From an uncultured Gemmatimonadaceae bacterium (GTDB lineage: Bacteria; Gemmatimonadota; Gemmatimonadetes; Gemmatimonadales; GWC2-71-9), in contig CAZFHS010000029.1 of assembly GCA_964518955.1 (NCBI GenBank), positions 15,963-79,962 on the forward strand: a stretch of DNA of 64,000 bases. The letters are read 5' to 3'. This document shows, one piece after another, positions 18,031 to 26,378 of the stretch (position 1 is its first letter; every line of letters begins with the position of its first letter). Under the pieces are notes generated by a model. It was given only the letters and a program-made list of their open reading frames with translations. It was not told where the DNA came from and did no database searches. The position numbers and the translations under genes were made by a program.

Positions 18031-19430
18031 GATTGAGGTTCTGTTTGTGCGCTGTTCTTGAAACGAACCGCAGCTTCAACGACGGCCGCTGCCCAGCTCT
18101 CAGTTCCCAAAGCGTGCACGTGAGTGTAGGAGGCTAGCACGTTGTAACGACATATGCCATCCCGTTCCCCGTCAAACCCAACACCGCGATGCACCTTGAA
18201 TGCAAACGTCACATCATCCAGGTCAACTGATTGCATATACGTGTAGTGAAACTCGTGCCCTCGCAGGGATTTTCCGACCGGAAAGAACGGATTTTTCGAT
18301 ATCGTTTCGACTTCAACATAGCCATGACCCTGCGGCCGTTTTTTGAATCCGTACGTTACGGGAAGCACGTTGGCCATGGGATACTCGTGCGACTCGAAAA
18401 TCAGTTTTTTCCCCAAGAACACTGCACCGCCACATTCGGCATAGACGGGCACACCTAGTTCGATCTTCTCTCGGACAGAACTCAGGAAGCTACCGTTCAC
18501 AGACAGTTCCGGAGCTAGAGTCTCGGGAAAGCCGCCACCAATATAGAGTCCATCGACATCGGGGAGTTCTTTGTCGGTGGTTGGCGAGATCTCCACGAGA
18601 TTCGCTCCCTCCCGTGCCAAACCCTCTAAGTTCTCCGGATAGTAGAACTGAAATGCCGCGTCACGGAACACGCCTATGTTCGCTCTCGCGGAATCACTCC
18701 GTTCAACCAGGACATTCGCGGTCGGCTCGGCTTCGAGCACGGGCGCTTCCTGCGCAACATGCCAAATCGCATCGAGATCCAGGTGCTTCTCTCCCACTTC
18801 TGCGACTTTCTGAATCGCAGCCTGCTTCTCGTCGTGCTCCTGAGGCGGAACTAGGCCGAGGTGTCTTTCTGGAAAGATCTCCTCTCGAATCCGCGGAATG
18901 ACCCCTAGGACAGGAATTTCGCAGACCTGCTCGACAGCGTCTCGTATGACGGTTTCATGACGCGAGCCAGCGATTTGATTGAGCACCGCACCTCTGATCT
19001 GCACTTTCGGATCCAGCTTCAAACAACCCAGTATCAAGGCCGCAATAGTCCGAGTCGATTTAGTGCAGTCTACCGCGAGCACGACTGGCGCCGACAACAG
19101 TTTTGCCAACTCGGCGCTGCTGTAGCTTCCCTCGGCATCCATGCCGTCGAACAAACCGCGGTTGCCCTCGATGACGGCTACGTCAGATTGTGCCGCCGCC
19201 GCACCGAACGAAGACAAAACGCCCTGCCGGGACATGAGGTACAGATCCATGTTCCGGCAGGGCTCACCTGCTGCGGCAGATAACCAGGCCGCGTCAATGT
19301 AATCGGGGCCCTTTTTGAAAGGAGCCACCTTCATACCGTTTTTTCGCCAAGCTGCAACCAAACCCAACGAGACCAGCGTTTTTCCGCTGCCTCCACGCAA
19401 CCCGGCTATGAGGACGCGGGGAAAACTCAG
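18027..19430 (-). CDS. dsrN: cobyrinic acid a,c-diamide synthase homologue (DsrN, putative siroheme amidase)
   Basis: CbiA/CobB landmarks: P-loop GGSGKT, and a C-terminal glutamine amidotransferase part (YAECGG). It sits directly after dsrL. The track start (TTG 19400) removes the beta-strand before the P-loop. The frame upstream reads SFPRVLIAGLRGGSGKT and is open only back to TAG 19446..19448. CTG 19430 has GGAG 7 nt upstream. Confidence 0.75.
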   Translation of the reverse strand: MSFPRVLIAGLRGGSGKTLVSLGLVAAWRKNGMKVAPFKKGPDYIDAAWLSAAAGEPCRNMDLYLMSRQGVLSSFGAAAAQSDVAVIEGNRGLFDGMDAEGSYSSAELAKLLSAPVVLAVDCTKSTRTIAALILGCLKLDPKVQIRGAVLNQIAGSRHETVIRDAVEQVCEIPVLGVIPRIREEIFPERHLGLVPPQEHDEKQAAIQKVAEVGEKHLDLDAIWHVAQEAPVLEAEPTANVLVERSDSARANIGVFRDAAFQFYYPENLEGLAREGANLVEISPTTDKELPDVDGLYIGGGFPETLAPELSVNGSFLSSVREKIELGVPVYAECGGAVFLGKKLIFESHEYPMANVLPVTYGFKKRPQGHGYVEVETISKNPFFPVGKSLRGHEFHYTYMQSVDLDDVTFAFKVHRGVGFDGERDGICRYNVLASYTHVHALGTESWAAAVVEAAVRFKNSAQTEPQS

Positions 19431-19434
19431 CGCG

Positions 19435-21117
19435 TCACTCCATATCTATGAAGCCGCAGGGGCATATTTCCGCACACTTCTTACAACCGGTGCAGTTGCC
19501 GAGCTTCCACCCGTAGAGAGTGCCTTTCTCCATCGGCTTCTCAATCGCCTGGTCCTGGCAGTACAACCAGCACTTTTCGCAGTCCATGCAATACCCGCAG
19601 CTCATGCACCGCTTGCTCTCTTCAATTGACTGCTCCTCGGTGAGCGCCAAATTCGCTTCTGCATCCATATTCGCGAAGCGCTCTTCGACCGAGAGCTTGC
19701 CTGCTTCGAGCCGATCAGCCTTTGGATAGTGATCGAGCTGCATACGATCGGTCTTGATTATCGGCTGACCGTTATCCTGCTTTTCCAGACTGCGGAACCT
19801 ACGGTCAATTGCCTCTGCAGCGTACCGGCCGTGCCCGATCGCGTCAGTCACCAGCGCGAGGTTTGTTGCATCGCCACCAGCCCAGACATTGTCGACTTTG
19901 GTCGACTCAAACTCGTCGTTCACCTTGATCCAGTCTCTGCCCTCGATGAGGGAATCGAGACCCATGAAGTCGGGTTCCTGACTGATCGCAGGGATGACCA
20001 TCGTAGCAGGGATCTCAAACTCAGACCCCTCCAAAGGCACCGGGCGCCTTCTGCCGGAGTCATCCGGCTCACCCAGTTCCATGCGGATGCACTGCATGCT
20101 CGTGATGTTGTTGCCGTCCTTGTTGAAACCGATGGGCGCGGCGAGATATTCCAGCTTTATGTCCTCTTCCTGCGCTTCCTCGATCTCTTCATCGATCGCG
20201 GGCATCTCTTTGATGGTACGGCGGTACAGGATCGTTGTTGTGGCGCCGAAACGTTTACAGATACGCGCGGCGTCGATGGCAGTGTCACCACCACCGACAA
20301 CGATGACGTTGTCTCCAACGTCTACAGTCTCACCGTGATGGACACGATTGAGGAACTCCACGCCCGACATGACGTTGTCCGCTTCCTCGCCCTCGACTCT
20401 GAGCTTCAAACCCTTCTCAGCACCGATTGCGACGAACACCGCCTGATACTCCGCACGCAGGTCGTCGAACGAAATGTCTTTGCCAACCCGAGTGTTCAGC
20501 TTCAGCTCAACACCGAGATCGACGATGTTCTGGATCTCTTTGTCGATGATGTCCGCAGGCAGCCTGTACCTCGGGATACCCCACAGCAGCATTCCGCCCG
20601 GCTTGTCAGCGGCCTCGAATACCGTAACCGAGTATCCGCGCCTCGCGAGTTGATACGCGCAAGAGAAACCTCCCGGGCCTCCACCTACAACGGCGACCTT
20701 CTCCGGGCGTTTCTCTTCGGTCATCATCTTCAACTTCAGGCCGTTGTTCAGCCCGAAGTCGCCAATAACACGCTCAACCTTGTTGATGCCTACAGCACCA
20801 TCGAGTTCGATTCTGTTGCAGCCAGTCTCACACGGGTGTGGACAAACGCGACCGCAGACGGAAGGAAACGGACTCGTGTCCGTGTAGCTCTCCCACGCTT
20901 CGGTGAAGGCCTGGTCTTTCGGCTTCTCGAGTCGCTCAGCCTGAGCGATAGTGGTCAGCCAGTCTCTGATGCGATTCCCACTGGGGCAGGCGTCTTGGCA
21001 CGGAGGTTTCTTGGTCACGTGCTTTGGTCTCAGTGGAGACTGTTCTCTGCCTCCACCGGAACTGGACGCGCTGTAATCTCGTTTCCGCTTCTTCTTCTTA
21101 GTTTTCTTTACAGCCAT
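19435..21117 (-). CDS. dsrL: NAD(P)H:acceptor oxidoreductase, GltD-like iron-sulfur flavoprotein with C-terminal ferredoxin domain (DsrL)
   Basis: N-terminal Fe-S motifs CQDACPSGN and CGRVCPHPCETGCNR. Two dinucleotide folds (VAVVGGGPGGFSCAY, VIVVGGGDTAIDAAR). C-terminal CMSCGYCMDCEKC...CTGCKKCAEICP. Position between dsrD and dsrN. Confidence 0.75.
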   Translation of the reverse strand: MAVKKTKKKKRKRDYSASSSGGGREQSPLRPKHVTKKPPCQDACPSGNRIRDWLTTIAQAERLEKPKDQAFTEAWESYTDTSPFPSVCGRVCPHPCETGCNRIELDGAVGINKVERVIGDFGLNNGLKLKMMTEEKRPEKVAVVGGGPGGFSCAYQLARRGYSVTVFEAADKPGGMLLWGIPRYRLPADIIDKEIQNIVDLGVELKLNTRVGKDISFDDLRAEYQAVFVAIGAEKGLKLRVEGEEADNVMSGVEFLNRVHHGETVDVGDNVIVVGGGDTAIDAARICKRFGATTTILYRRTIKEMPAIDEEIEEAQEEDIKLEYLAAPIGFNKDGNNITSMQCIRMELGEPDDSGRRRPVPLEGSEFEIPATMVIPAISQEPDFMGLDSLIEGRDWIKVNDEFESTKVDNVWAGGDATNLALVTDAIGHGRYAAEAIDRRFRSLEKQDNGQPIIKTDRMQLDHYPKADRLEAGKLSVEERFANMDAEANLALTEEQSIEESKRCMSCGYCMDCEKCWLYCQDQAIEKPMEKGTLYGWKLGNCTGCKKCAEICPCGFIDME

Positions 21118-21180
21118 TAGTCATACCTCGACCCGCGCCCACAGTGGCGAGGGCAATACGGGCATTACGCCCGTGATTAT

Positions 21181-21213
21181 TTTGAAAAGCCGACGGCTAT
21201 GTTAGCCGTCAGC
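21181..21213 (-). terminator. stem-loop plus U-tract at the end of dsrD (putative intrinsic terminator/attenuator before dsrL)
   Basis: The minus strand reads GCTGACGGCTA-ACA-TAGCCGTCGGC followed by TTTTCAAAATAAT. The stem is 11 bp with one G.U pair and includes the dsrD stop codon. Confidence 0.5.
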
Positions 21214-21459
21214 CCCTTCCGCTGCTCCCTCGGCATGAGGAAGCTCAATGAAGCTGCCACCAAAGTAGGTATACACACACCTACCGGAGTCCATGAGCGT
21301 GCGAATCGCAAGCTTACACTGCTTCTTGTCGACTCCATCGGCAGCATACTTCTGAATCATCGCCTTGGTCAAATCGCCGGCCTTGAACTTCTTCTTGCCT
21401 TGATACTCTTTGACCATCTCGAACATGGCGTCCGCAATTTCTTCTGGCGTGACGGCCAT
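21202..21459 (-). CDS. dsrD: DsrD (small winged-helix protein of reductive dsr operons)
   Basis: 85 aa, directly downstream of dsrB. Lys-rich KKKFKAGDL stretch and a C-terminal ...GRCVYTYFGGSFIEL pattern resembling the DsrD ...YWSSGSTTMY region. Confidence 0.7.
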   Translation of the reverse strand: MAVTPEEIADAMFEMVKEYQGKKKFKAGDLTKAMIQKYAADGVDKKQCKLAIRTLMDSGRCVYTYFGGSFIELPHAEGAAEGADG

Positions 21460-21470
21460 TCTGATACCTC

Positions 21471-22550
21471 CTAGTGTCTGAGCTGTGCGGACCGCTTATA
21501 GGTCAGACCCGCATGCTTGAAGTCATCGATGTGTTCCTTCTGGAACTCGATGCCGGTCATTTCAAAGAACTTCGGCCAACCGATACGCTCGATGAACTCG
21601 CCCATACGCTCGAACTTGCGCGCGTTGTTCGCCCAGACCTCGACGATGTTGCGTACGGCGTCTGTTACTTCGGGCCAACGCGGCGGGTTGTTCGGGATGA
21701 ATGGAATTGCAAGCTTCGAGAACGTAGGTTCGCTACGTGCATTCGATACCTTGCCGCCAACCCAGATCGACACACCGTCGTTCAGCGGATCGGCCATCGG
21801 CAGAGACGGGCAGACCGTGAAGCAGTTCGCGCAGAACATGCAGAGGTCTTCGTCGATCTCGATAGATGGATTGCCGTCGACAGTGGCGGGCCTGATCGCC
21901 GCCGTCGGGCAGGAGGCTATGACGTTCGGGATCTCGCAAAGCTTGTTCAACGTGGCGTGATCGGCCTTCGGGGGCCTGCGGTGAATCCCGAGAATCGCGA
22001 TGTCCGAGCAGTGCACGGCGCCGCACATGTTGAGACAACATGCCAGGGCGATGCGAAGTTTGCCCGGTACGTCGGTTCCTGTGAAGTGATCGTGCAGATC
22101 GTCCATCACGCACTTCACTACGCCGGAAGCGTCAGTTGCTGCCGAGTGGCAGTGCACCCAACCCTGCGTGTGCACGATGTTGGAGATCGCGTTGCCGATA
22201 CCACCAACTGAGTGTCCATGACCTTTGAGCTCTTCAATCAGCTCGTCGATCCTGGTGTCCTCGGTGAGCAAGAACTCGACATTGTTGCGGCTGGTGAACC
22301 GCAAGTGACCATCGCAGTACTTCTCTGCCATGTCAGCAAACTTGCGGATGGTGGTTGTGCTGAGCAGTCTCGGTGACGCCGCACGCACTGTGAAAATCTT
22401 ATCGCCAGACTCGGCCACGTGCACCATGACGCCTGGCTTTAACCTCTCGTGGTATTTCCACTTACCGTAGTTCTTTTTGATGACGGGATGTAGGAACTTC
22501 TCATAATTTGGAGGTCCAATATCCGTTATTCTGTCCTTTGATACTGCCAT
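21471..22550 (-). CDS. dsrB: dissimilatory sulfite reductase beta subunit
   Basis: N-terminal [20 protein letters not shown], siroheme/Fe-S Cys motifs, and an inserted ferredoxin domain CPTAAIRP...[12 protein letters not shown]. Adjacent to dsrA. Confidence 0.95.
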   Translation of the reverse strand: MAVSKDRITDIGPPNYEKFLHPVIKKNYGKWKYHERLKPGVMVHVAESGDKIFTVRAASPRLLSTTTIRKFADMAEKYCDGHLRFTSRNNVEFLLTEDTRIDELIEELKGHGHSVGGIGNAISNIVHTQGWVHCHSAATDASGVVKCVMDDLHDHFTGTDVPGKLRIALACCLNMCGAVHCSDIAILGIHRRPPKADHATLNKLCEIPNVIASCPTAAIRPATVDGNPSIEIDEDLCMFCANCFTVCPSLPMADPLNDGVSIWVGGKVSNARSEPTFSKLAIPFIPNNPPRWPEVTDAVRNIVEVWANNARKFERMGEFIERIGWPKFFEMTGIEFQKEHIDDFKHAGLTYKRSAQLRH

Positions 22551-22617
22551 CGCTCTATCTCCCCATTGGTACGATTAGTCTCAAGGTTCGCATGTTGGAT
22601 AAGTCAGCCCAACTGCG

Positions 22618-23835
22618 CTATTCGTCATCCTCTTCCTCATCCTCGTCGCCTTCCTCGTAATAATCTTCGTAGAAGACGTACGGATTGTCCCTGGGGTGCG
22701 AGACCATCTGCGGAATCGGATCCACCTCGATCTCCTCCAAGAAGTTGCCGAGACCGATACGCTGCATGAGCTCACCACAACGCTCACGGTTCTTACCGTT
22801 CTCGCCCCAGAAGTCCCAGATCCGTTCGATGAGATCTTTGAGTTCATCGTAGGGAGGCTCGATTTTCATGAATGGAACGATGACCGATGACAGCAGAGCA
22901 CCCTCTACGATCGGTGCCTTCGAGCCGAGTAGAATCGTGGCTCCCGTGTCTACACCCGGGCGCAGCGCCTTCGGCATTGCGTTGATGCAGTGCATGCACT
23001 TCACGCAGTTGGAATCATCGATCTTTAGTTCTTTGCCGTCCCATTCGATGCACTTGGTGGGACAGTTGTAACAAACATCCTTGTGGATGTCGAGCCCGGC
23101 CTTTTCAGCAGCCTTCACCTCTGCCTGGTCGATCCTGATCTCGTCACGCCAAGTTCCGATCACTGACAAGTCGGCACGCGCAACCGATGCAACACAGTCG
23201 TTCGGACAGCCGGCGAACTTGAACTTGAACTTGTACGGGAACGCGGGCCGGTGAAGTTCATCCTGAAAATCCTGCGTCAGCGTGTAACAAGTGTTCAACG
23301 TGTCGTAGCACGCCCACTCGCACCTTGCCGGGCCAACGCACGCACTTGGGGTCCGCATGTCGGATCCGGATCCGCCGAGGTCGAAATCGTTGGCGGTCAA
23401 ATCCGCAAACGTGGGCTCCAGATCCTCTGTGCGACAGCCGAGCAGAATGATGTCACCGGTCGATCCGTGCATGTTGGTGAGTCCGGAACCGTGCTTGTCC
23501 CAGATGTCACAGATCGTCCGCAGTGCGTCGGACGTGTAGAACCAACCTGTGGGCATGTTGATACGCATGGTATGGAAATGCGCGATCTCCGGGAAGTCTT
23601 CGGGCAGGTCGTTGTAGCGTCCGATGACGCCACCACCGTAACCCATAACGCCCACGATGCCGCCGTGCTTCCAGTGGCCGATCTTCTCGCTGTAGGACCG
23701 TTCGAGCAGTCTCAATAGAGCCGCGCTCGACTCCTTCGTTTCGGCAGCCTCCTTGATCTGCGTGACGAAGCTGGGCCAGGGTCCTTTTTCCAGTTCGTCC
23801 AGCAACGGAGTGCCATTGTTACCTGAATCTGCCAT
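22618..23835 (-). CDS. dsrA: dissimilatory sulfite reductase alpha subunit
   Basis: Start at ATG 23835 (SD GGAGAGGAA). [46 protein letters not shown], and ferredoxin domain [11 protein letters not shown]...CVKCMHCIN. Unusual poly-acidic C-terminus. Confidence 0.95.
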   Translation of the reverse strand: MADSGNNGTPLLDELEKGPWPSFVTQIKEAAETKESSAALLRLLERSYSEKIGHWKHGGIVGVMGYGGGVIGRYNDLPEDFPEIAHFHTMRINMPTGWFYTSDALRTICDIWDKHGSGLTNMHGSTGDIILLGCRTEDLEPTFADLTANDFDLGGSGSDMRTPSACVGPARCEWACYDTLNTCYTLTQDFQDELHRPAFPYKFKFKFAGCPNDCVASVARADLSVIGTWRDEIRIDQAEVKAAEKAGLDIHKDVCYNCPTKCIEWDGKELKIDDSNCVKCMHCINAMPKALRPGVDTGATILLGSKAPIVEGALLSSVIVPFMKIEPPYDELKDLIERIWDFWGENGKNRERCGELMQRIGLGNFLEEIEVDPIPQMVSHPRDNPYVFYEDYYEEGDEDEEEDDE

Positions 23836-23923
23836 TTTGTTTCCTCTCCGCTTGGAATGATGGCGTTTTGTTGATCTCTTCAAATGTGTCTCAACTACAG
23901 TACTTCAACCTCACATCTATTCG

Positions 23924-23950
23924 AAAAAACAGGACACCGGCATCGCCGGT
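23924..23950 (-). terminator. short stem-loop and T6 tract just after dsrP (possible terminator separating dsrMKJOP from dsrAB)
   Basis: The minus strand reads ACCGGC-GAT-GCCGGT, then GTCCTG, then TTTTTT. It starts 3 nt after the dsrP stop. Confidence 0.4.
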
Positions 23951-23952
23951 AC

Positions 23953-25113
23953 CTATGCTGGTCCCAACCGCTCTCGGACCGACGTTATGATCTTGTAAAA
24001 GATCGTCAACAGCATGAACCCGATCGCATAGACTCCGATCATTATCACAATCTCTGGCAGGGTCGGAATGTACTCCGTGACCTGCCCCAACGGCGCCGGT
24101 ATGAAACCGATCACAACCATACCCACACCCTTTTCTATCCAGAGCGAGAGTATGACCCCAACAGCCAGTACGGCAAGAAAAGTCTCGTTAGCACGCGCCT
24201 TGGGCACCCAAAGTGCCACGAGGCAGAACACCCCGATTAGCTGACCGATCCACATCAACGGCGCTAGGGTATTGGCACCCTCTAGTCCGAAGAACATGTA
24301 GCGGAAGGCATCGGTATGGTGAGGCATGCTGGAGTACATGACCGTGAACAACTCAACCAACAAGAAGAACAGGTTGATGGCCACGGCATACGCCACGATC
24401 ATGGCGAGCTTCTGGATTGCCGCTTTGCCCGCATCAAACGTCGTGAAGCGCCTCAGTATCAGAGCCAGTAAGATCAAAAGGCTGGGGCCCGTCGCGAACG
24501 CCGAGGCTAGGAAACGGGGCGCGAGGATCGCCGTCATCCAGAATGTGCGAGCCTCCAAGCCGGAATACAGAAACGCAGTCACTGTGTGAATGCTGACCGC
24601 CCACGGTATCGACAGGAAAATCAGTGGCTTGACCCACTTCGGAGGCGGGGCACCCTTTCGCTCAGCTTCAAAGGTCACGGCACCGATCACGAGATTCAGT
24701 CCGAGATAGCCCGACAGCACGAGCATATCCCAAAACATCACCGAGTTGGGAGTGGGGTGCAGGATGATGTTTGCGCCGCGCGCCGGCTGGCCAAGGTCGA
24801 CGAAGACGAATAGCATGCACATGAGGACCGAAGACACTGCCAGTCCTTCACCGATGATCACCATCTTCCCGAAAGCTTTGTAGTCGTGCAGATAGTACGG
24901 AAGCACGACCATAACCGCTGACGCCGCGATACCCACCATGAAGGTGAGCTGTGCGATGTAAATCCCCCAGGTGATGTCCTGGTTCATTCCGGTAATGTGC
25001 AGTCCTTCACTCAGCTGATAGCCCCAGGTGGCCAAACCAATGAGGATTAGCACTCCCCAGAAGCCAACCAGTGTCCAATAGCCCCGGCCCCCTCGGATTG
25101 CATCCTGCAGCAT
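23953..25113 (-). CDS. dsrP: DsrP, NrfD/PsrC-like integral membrane quinone-interacting subunit
   Basis: 386 aa, about 10 hydrophobic helices. Last gene of the dsrMKJOP set, after the ferredoxin-like DsrO. Confidence 0.85.
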   Translation of the reverse strand: MLQDAIRGGRGYWTLVGFWGVLILIGLATWGYQLSEGLHITGMNQDITWGIYIAQLTFMVGIAASAVMVVLPYYLHDYKAFGKMVIIGEGLAVSSVLMCMLFVFVDLGQPARGANIILHPTPNSVMFWDMLVLSGYLGLNLVIGAVTFEAERKGAPPPKWVKPLIFLSIPWAVSIHTVTAFLYSGLEARTFWMTAILAPRFLASAFATGPSLLILLALILRRFTTFDAGKAAIQKLAMIVAYAVAINLFFLLVELFTVMYSSMPHHTDAFRYMFFGLEGANTLAPLMWIGQLIGVFCLVALWVPKARANETFLAVLAVGVILSLWIEKGVGMVVIGFIPAPLGQVTEYIPTLPEIVIMIGVYAIGFMLLTIFYKIITSVRERLGPA

Positions 25114-25154
25114 ATATCTACCTCTCCGTTATCACTATCTAACCCGACGCGGCG

Positions 25155-25961
25155 TTAGATGATGTAATAGACATTGGGGCCGGTCCCGAGACCGACGCGT
25201 CTGCTAATCGTGTGGTTGTCGTGCAGGAGCTGACTGACATCCGAGTTTGGATCCGTCAGATCTCCAAACGTCAGCGCACCTTCACCACCTTCAACGGTAT
25301 TTGCCGCCTCAACACATGCCGGCAGCTCTCCTATACGGACACGCTCCGCGCAGAAATTGCACTTCTCCACCACACCCTTGGTGCGACTGGGATAGTCGGA
25401 CGGGAGATTCCCGTCAGCGTCCGTCTCTATGAACGGGCGTGGATCACGCCAGTTGAAGCTCCGAGAACCGTAAGGGCATGCGGCCATACAGTACCGGCAG
25501 CCTATGCAGCGGTGCATGTCCATCATCACGAGGCCGTCGGTTTCCCTCTTCCACGTTGCTTGCGTCGGGCACACTCGCACGCATGGTGGATTCGTGCAAT
25601 GGTTACACAGCACCATGATTGGTATATCACCCACAGATGCGGGTGTATGATCGTGCACCTGTTCCGGGAACACGTGTTTGTATTCCTCTTCCCAGATCCA
25701 GGCTATATCGTCGTCGGCCTCGGGGATGTTCGGCACGTTGTGCGCAACATTGCACGCATCTACGCACGCGTGACGGACCGCTTCACTCTGACACTTCTCG
25801 ACGTCGATCACCATTGCCCACTGGTTATCGGAACGCAGCGGGATATGATGCTCGTGCTCTCCAGCCTCAGAACACGCCGTGTTCAACAGCGGCAAACCCC
25901 AACCGAGCCCCAAAGCCGTCTTGCCAGCCTTCTCCAGGAAACTGCGTCTGCTCTCATCCAT
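25155..25961 (-). CDS. dsrO: DsrO, periplasmic 4Fe-4S ferredoxin-like subunit with Tat signal
   Basis: Tat signal SRRSFLEKAGK. Multiple 4Fe-4S motifs (CNHCTNPPCVRVCP, CIGCRYCMAACP, CNFCAERV). Confidence 0.85.
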   Translation of the reverse strand: MDESRRSFLEKAGKTALGLGWGLPLLNTACSEAGEHEHHIPLRSDNQWAMVIDVEKCQSEAVRHACVDACNVAHNVPNIPEADDDIAWIWEEEYKHVFPEQVHDHTPASVGDIPIMVLCNHCTNPPCVRVCPTQATWKRETDGLVMMDMHRCIGCRYCMAACPYGSRSFNWRDPRPFIETDADGNLPSDYPSRTKGVVEKCNFCAERVRIGELPACVEAANTVEGGEGALTFGDLTDPNSDVSQLLHDNHTISRRVGLGTGPNVYYII

Positions 25962-25964
25962 CGC

Positions 25965-26378
25965 TCAGTTTCCTCTCGGCTCGACGTGACAGTCCCAACA
26001 CAGCGGTGTCACATTCGAATAGTCATGGCACCTAGTGCAAAACGTGTCCCTATCGTCATGACAACTCATACACGTCCCCGTAAGACTCATTGTGTACTGC
26101 TGGCCTGAAGCTGACGTGTATTCCGTTTCCCCGTCACGCACCAATGCGTTACGCCAATCGTTCAGGATGTCCATGTGGTTCGCTCTCATGAACTCGGTGT
26201 CCTCAATGCACGCAGTCTCACCCGCAGGATACTCGAGTTCGGGCATCGCTACCTCACCACCAGCGACGACCGTACTCCAAAGCGGATACGTCACCAACAC
26301 CAGGAAAACGACCAATCCGCCAATGATCTTTCCTCTATCACTCATCGGTGTCGCCTCCGTTGTCTTCGGCTTCGCCAC
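25965..26378 (-). CDS. dsrJ: DsrJ, trihaem periplasmic cytochrome c
   Basis: One N-terminal transmembrane helix. Three CxxCH motifs (CMSCH, CTRCH, CWDCH). The start could alternatively be ATG 26345; either way it overlaps the dsrK 3' end. Confidence 0.85.
   Translation of the reverse strand: MAKPKTTEATPMSDRGKIIGGLVVFLVLVTYPLWSTVVAGGEVAMPELEYPAGETACIEDTEFMRANHMDILNDWRNALVRDGETEYTSASGQQYTMSLTGTCMSCHDDRDTFCTRCHDYSNVTPLCWDCHVEPRGN

Noticed and set aside
19400-19437. Possibility that dsrL and dsrN are one protein joined by stop-codon read-through or selenocysteine
   Set aside because: On first reading the dsrL TGA seemed in frame with dsrN. Recounting shows the two frames differ: the offset from 19437 to 19400 is 37 nt, not a multiple of 3. 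They are separate overlapping genes, and the start-codon question is reported instead.
19729-21120. 463-aa plus-strand ORF
   Set aside because: It is antisense to dsrL, whose minus-strand translation carries unmistakable GltD/ferredoxin motifs. The plus-strand product is an R/V/D/H-rich sequence with no motifs. This is a typical shadow ORF in GC-rich DNA.
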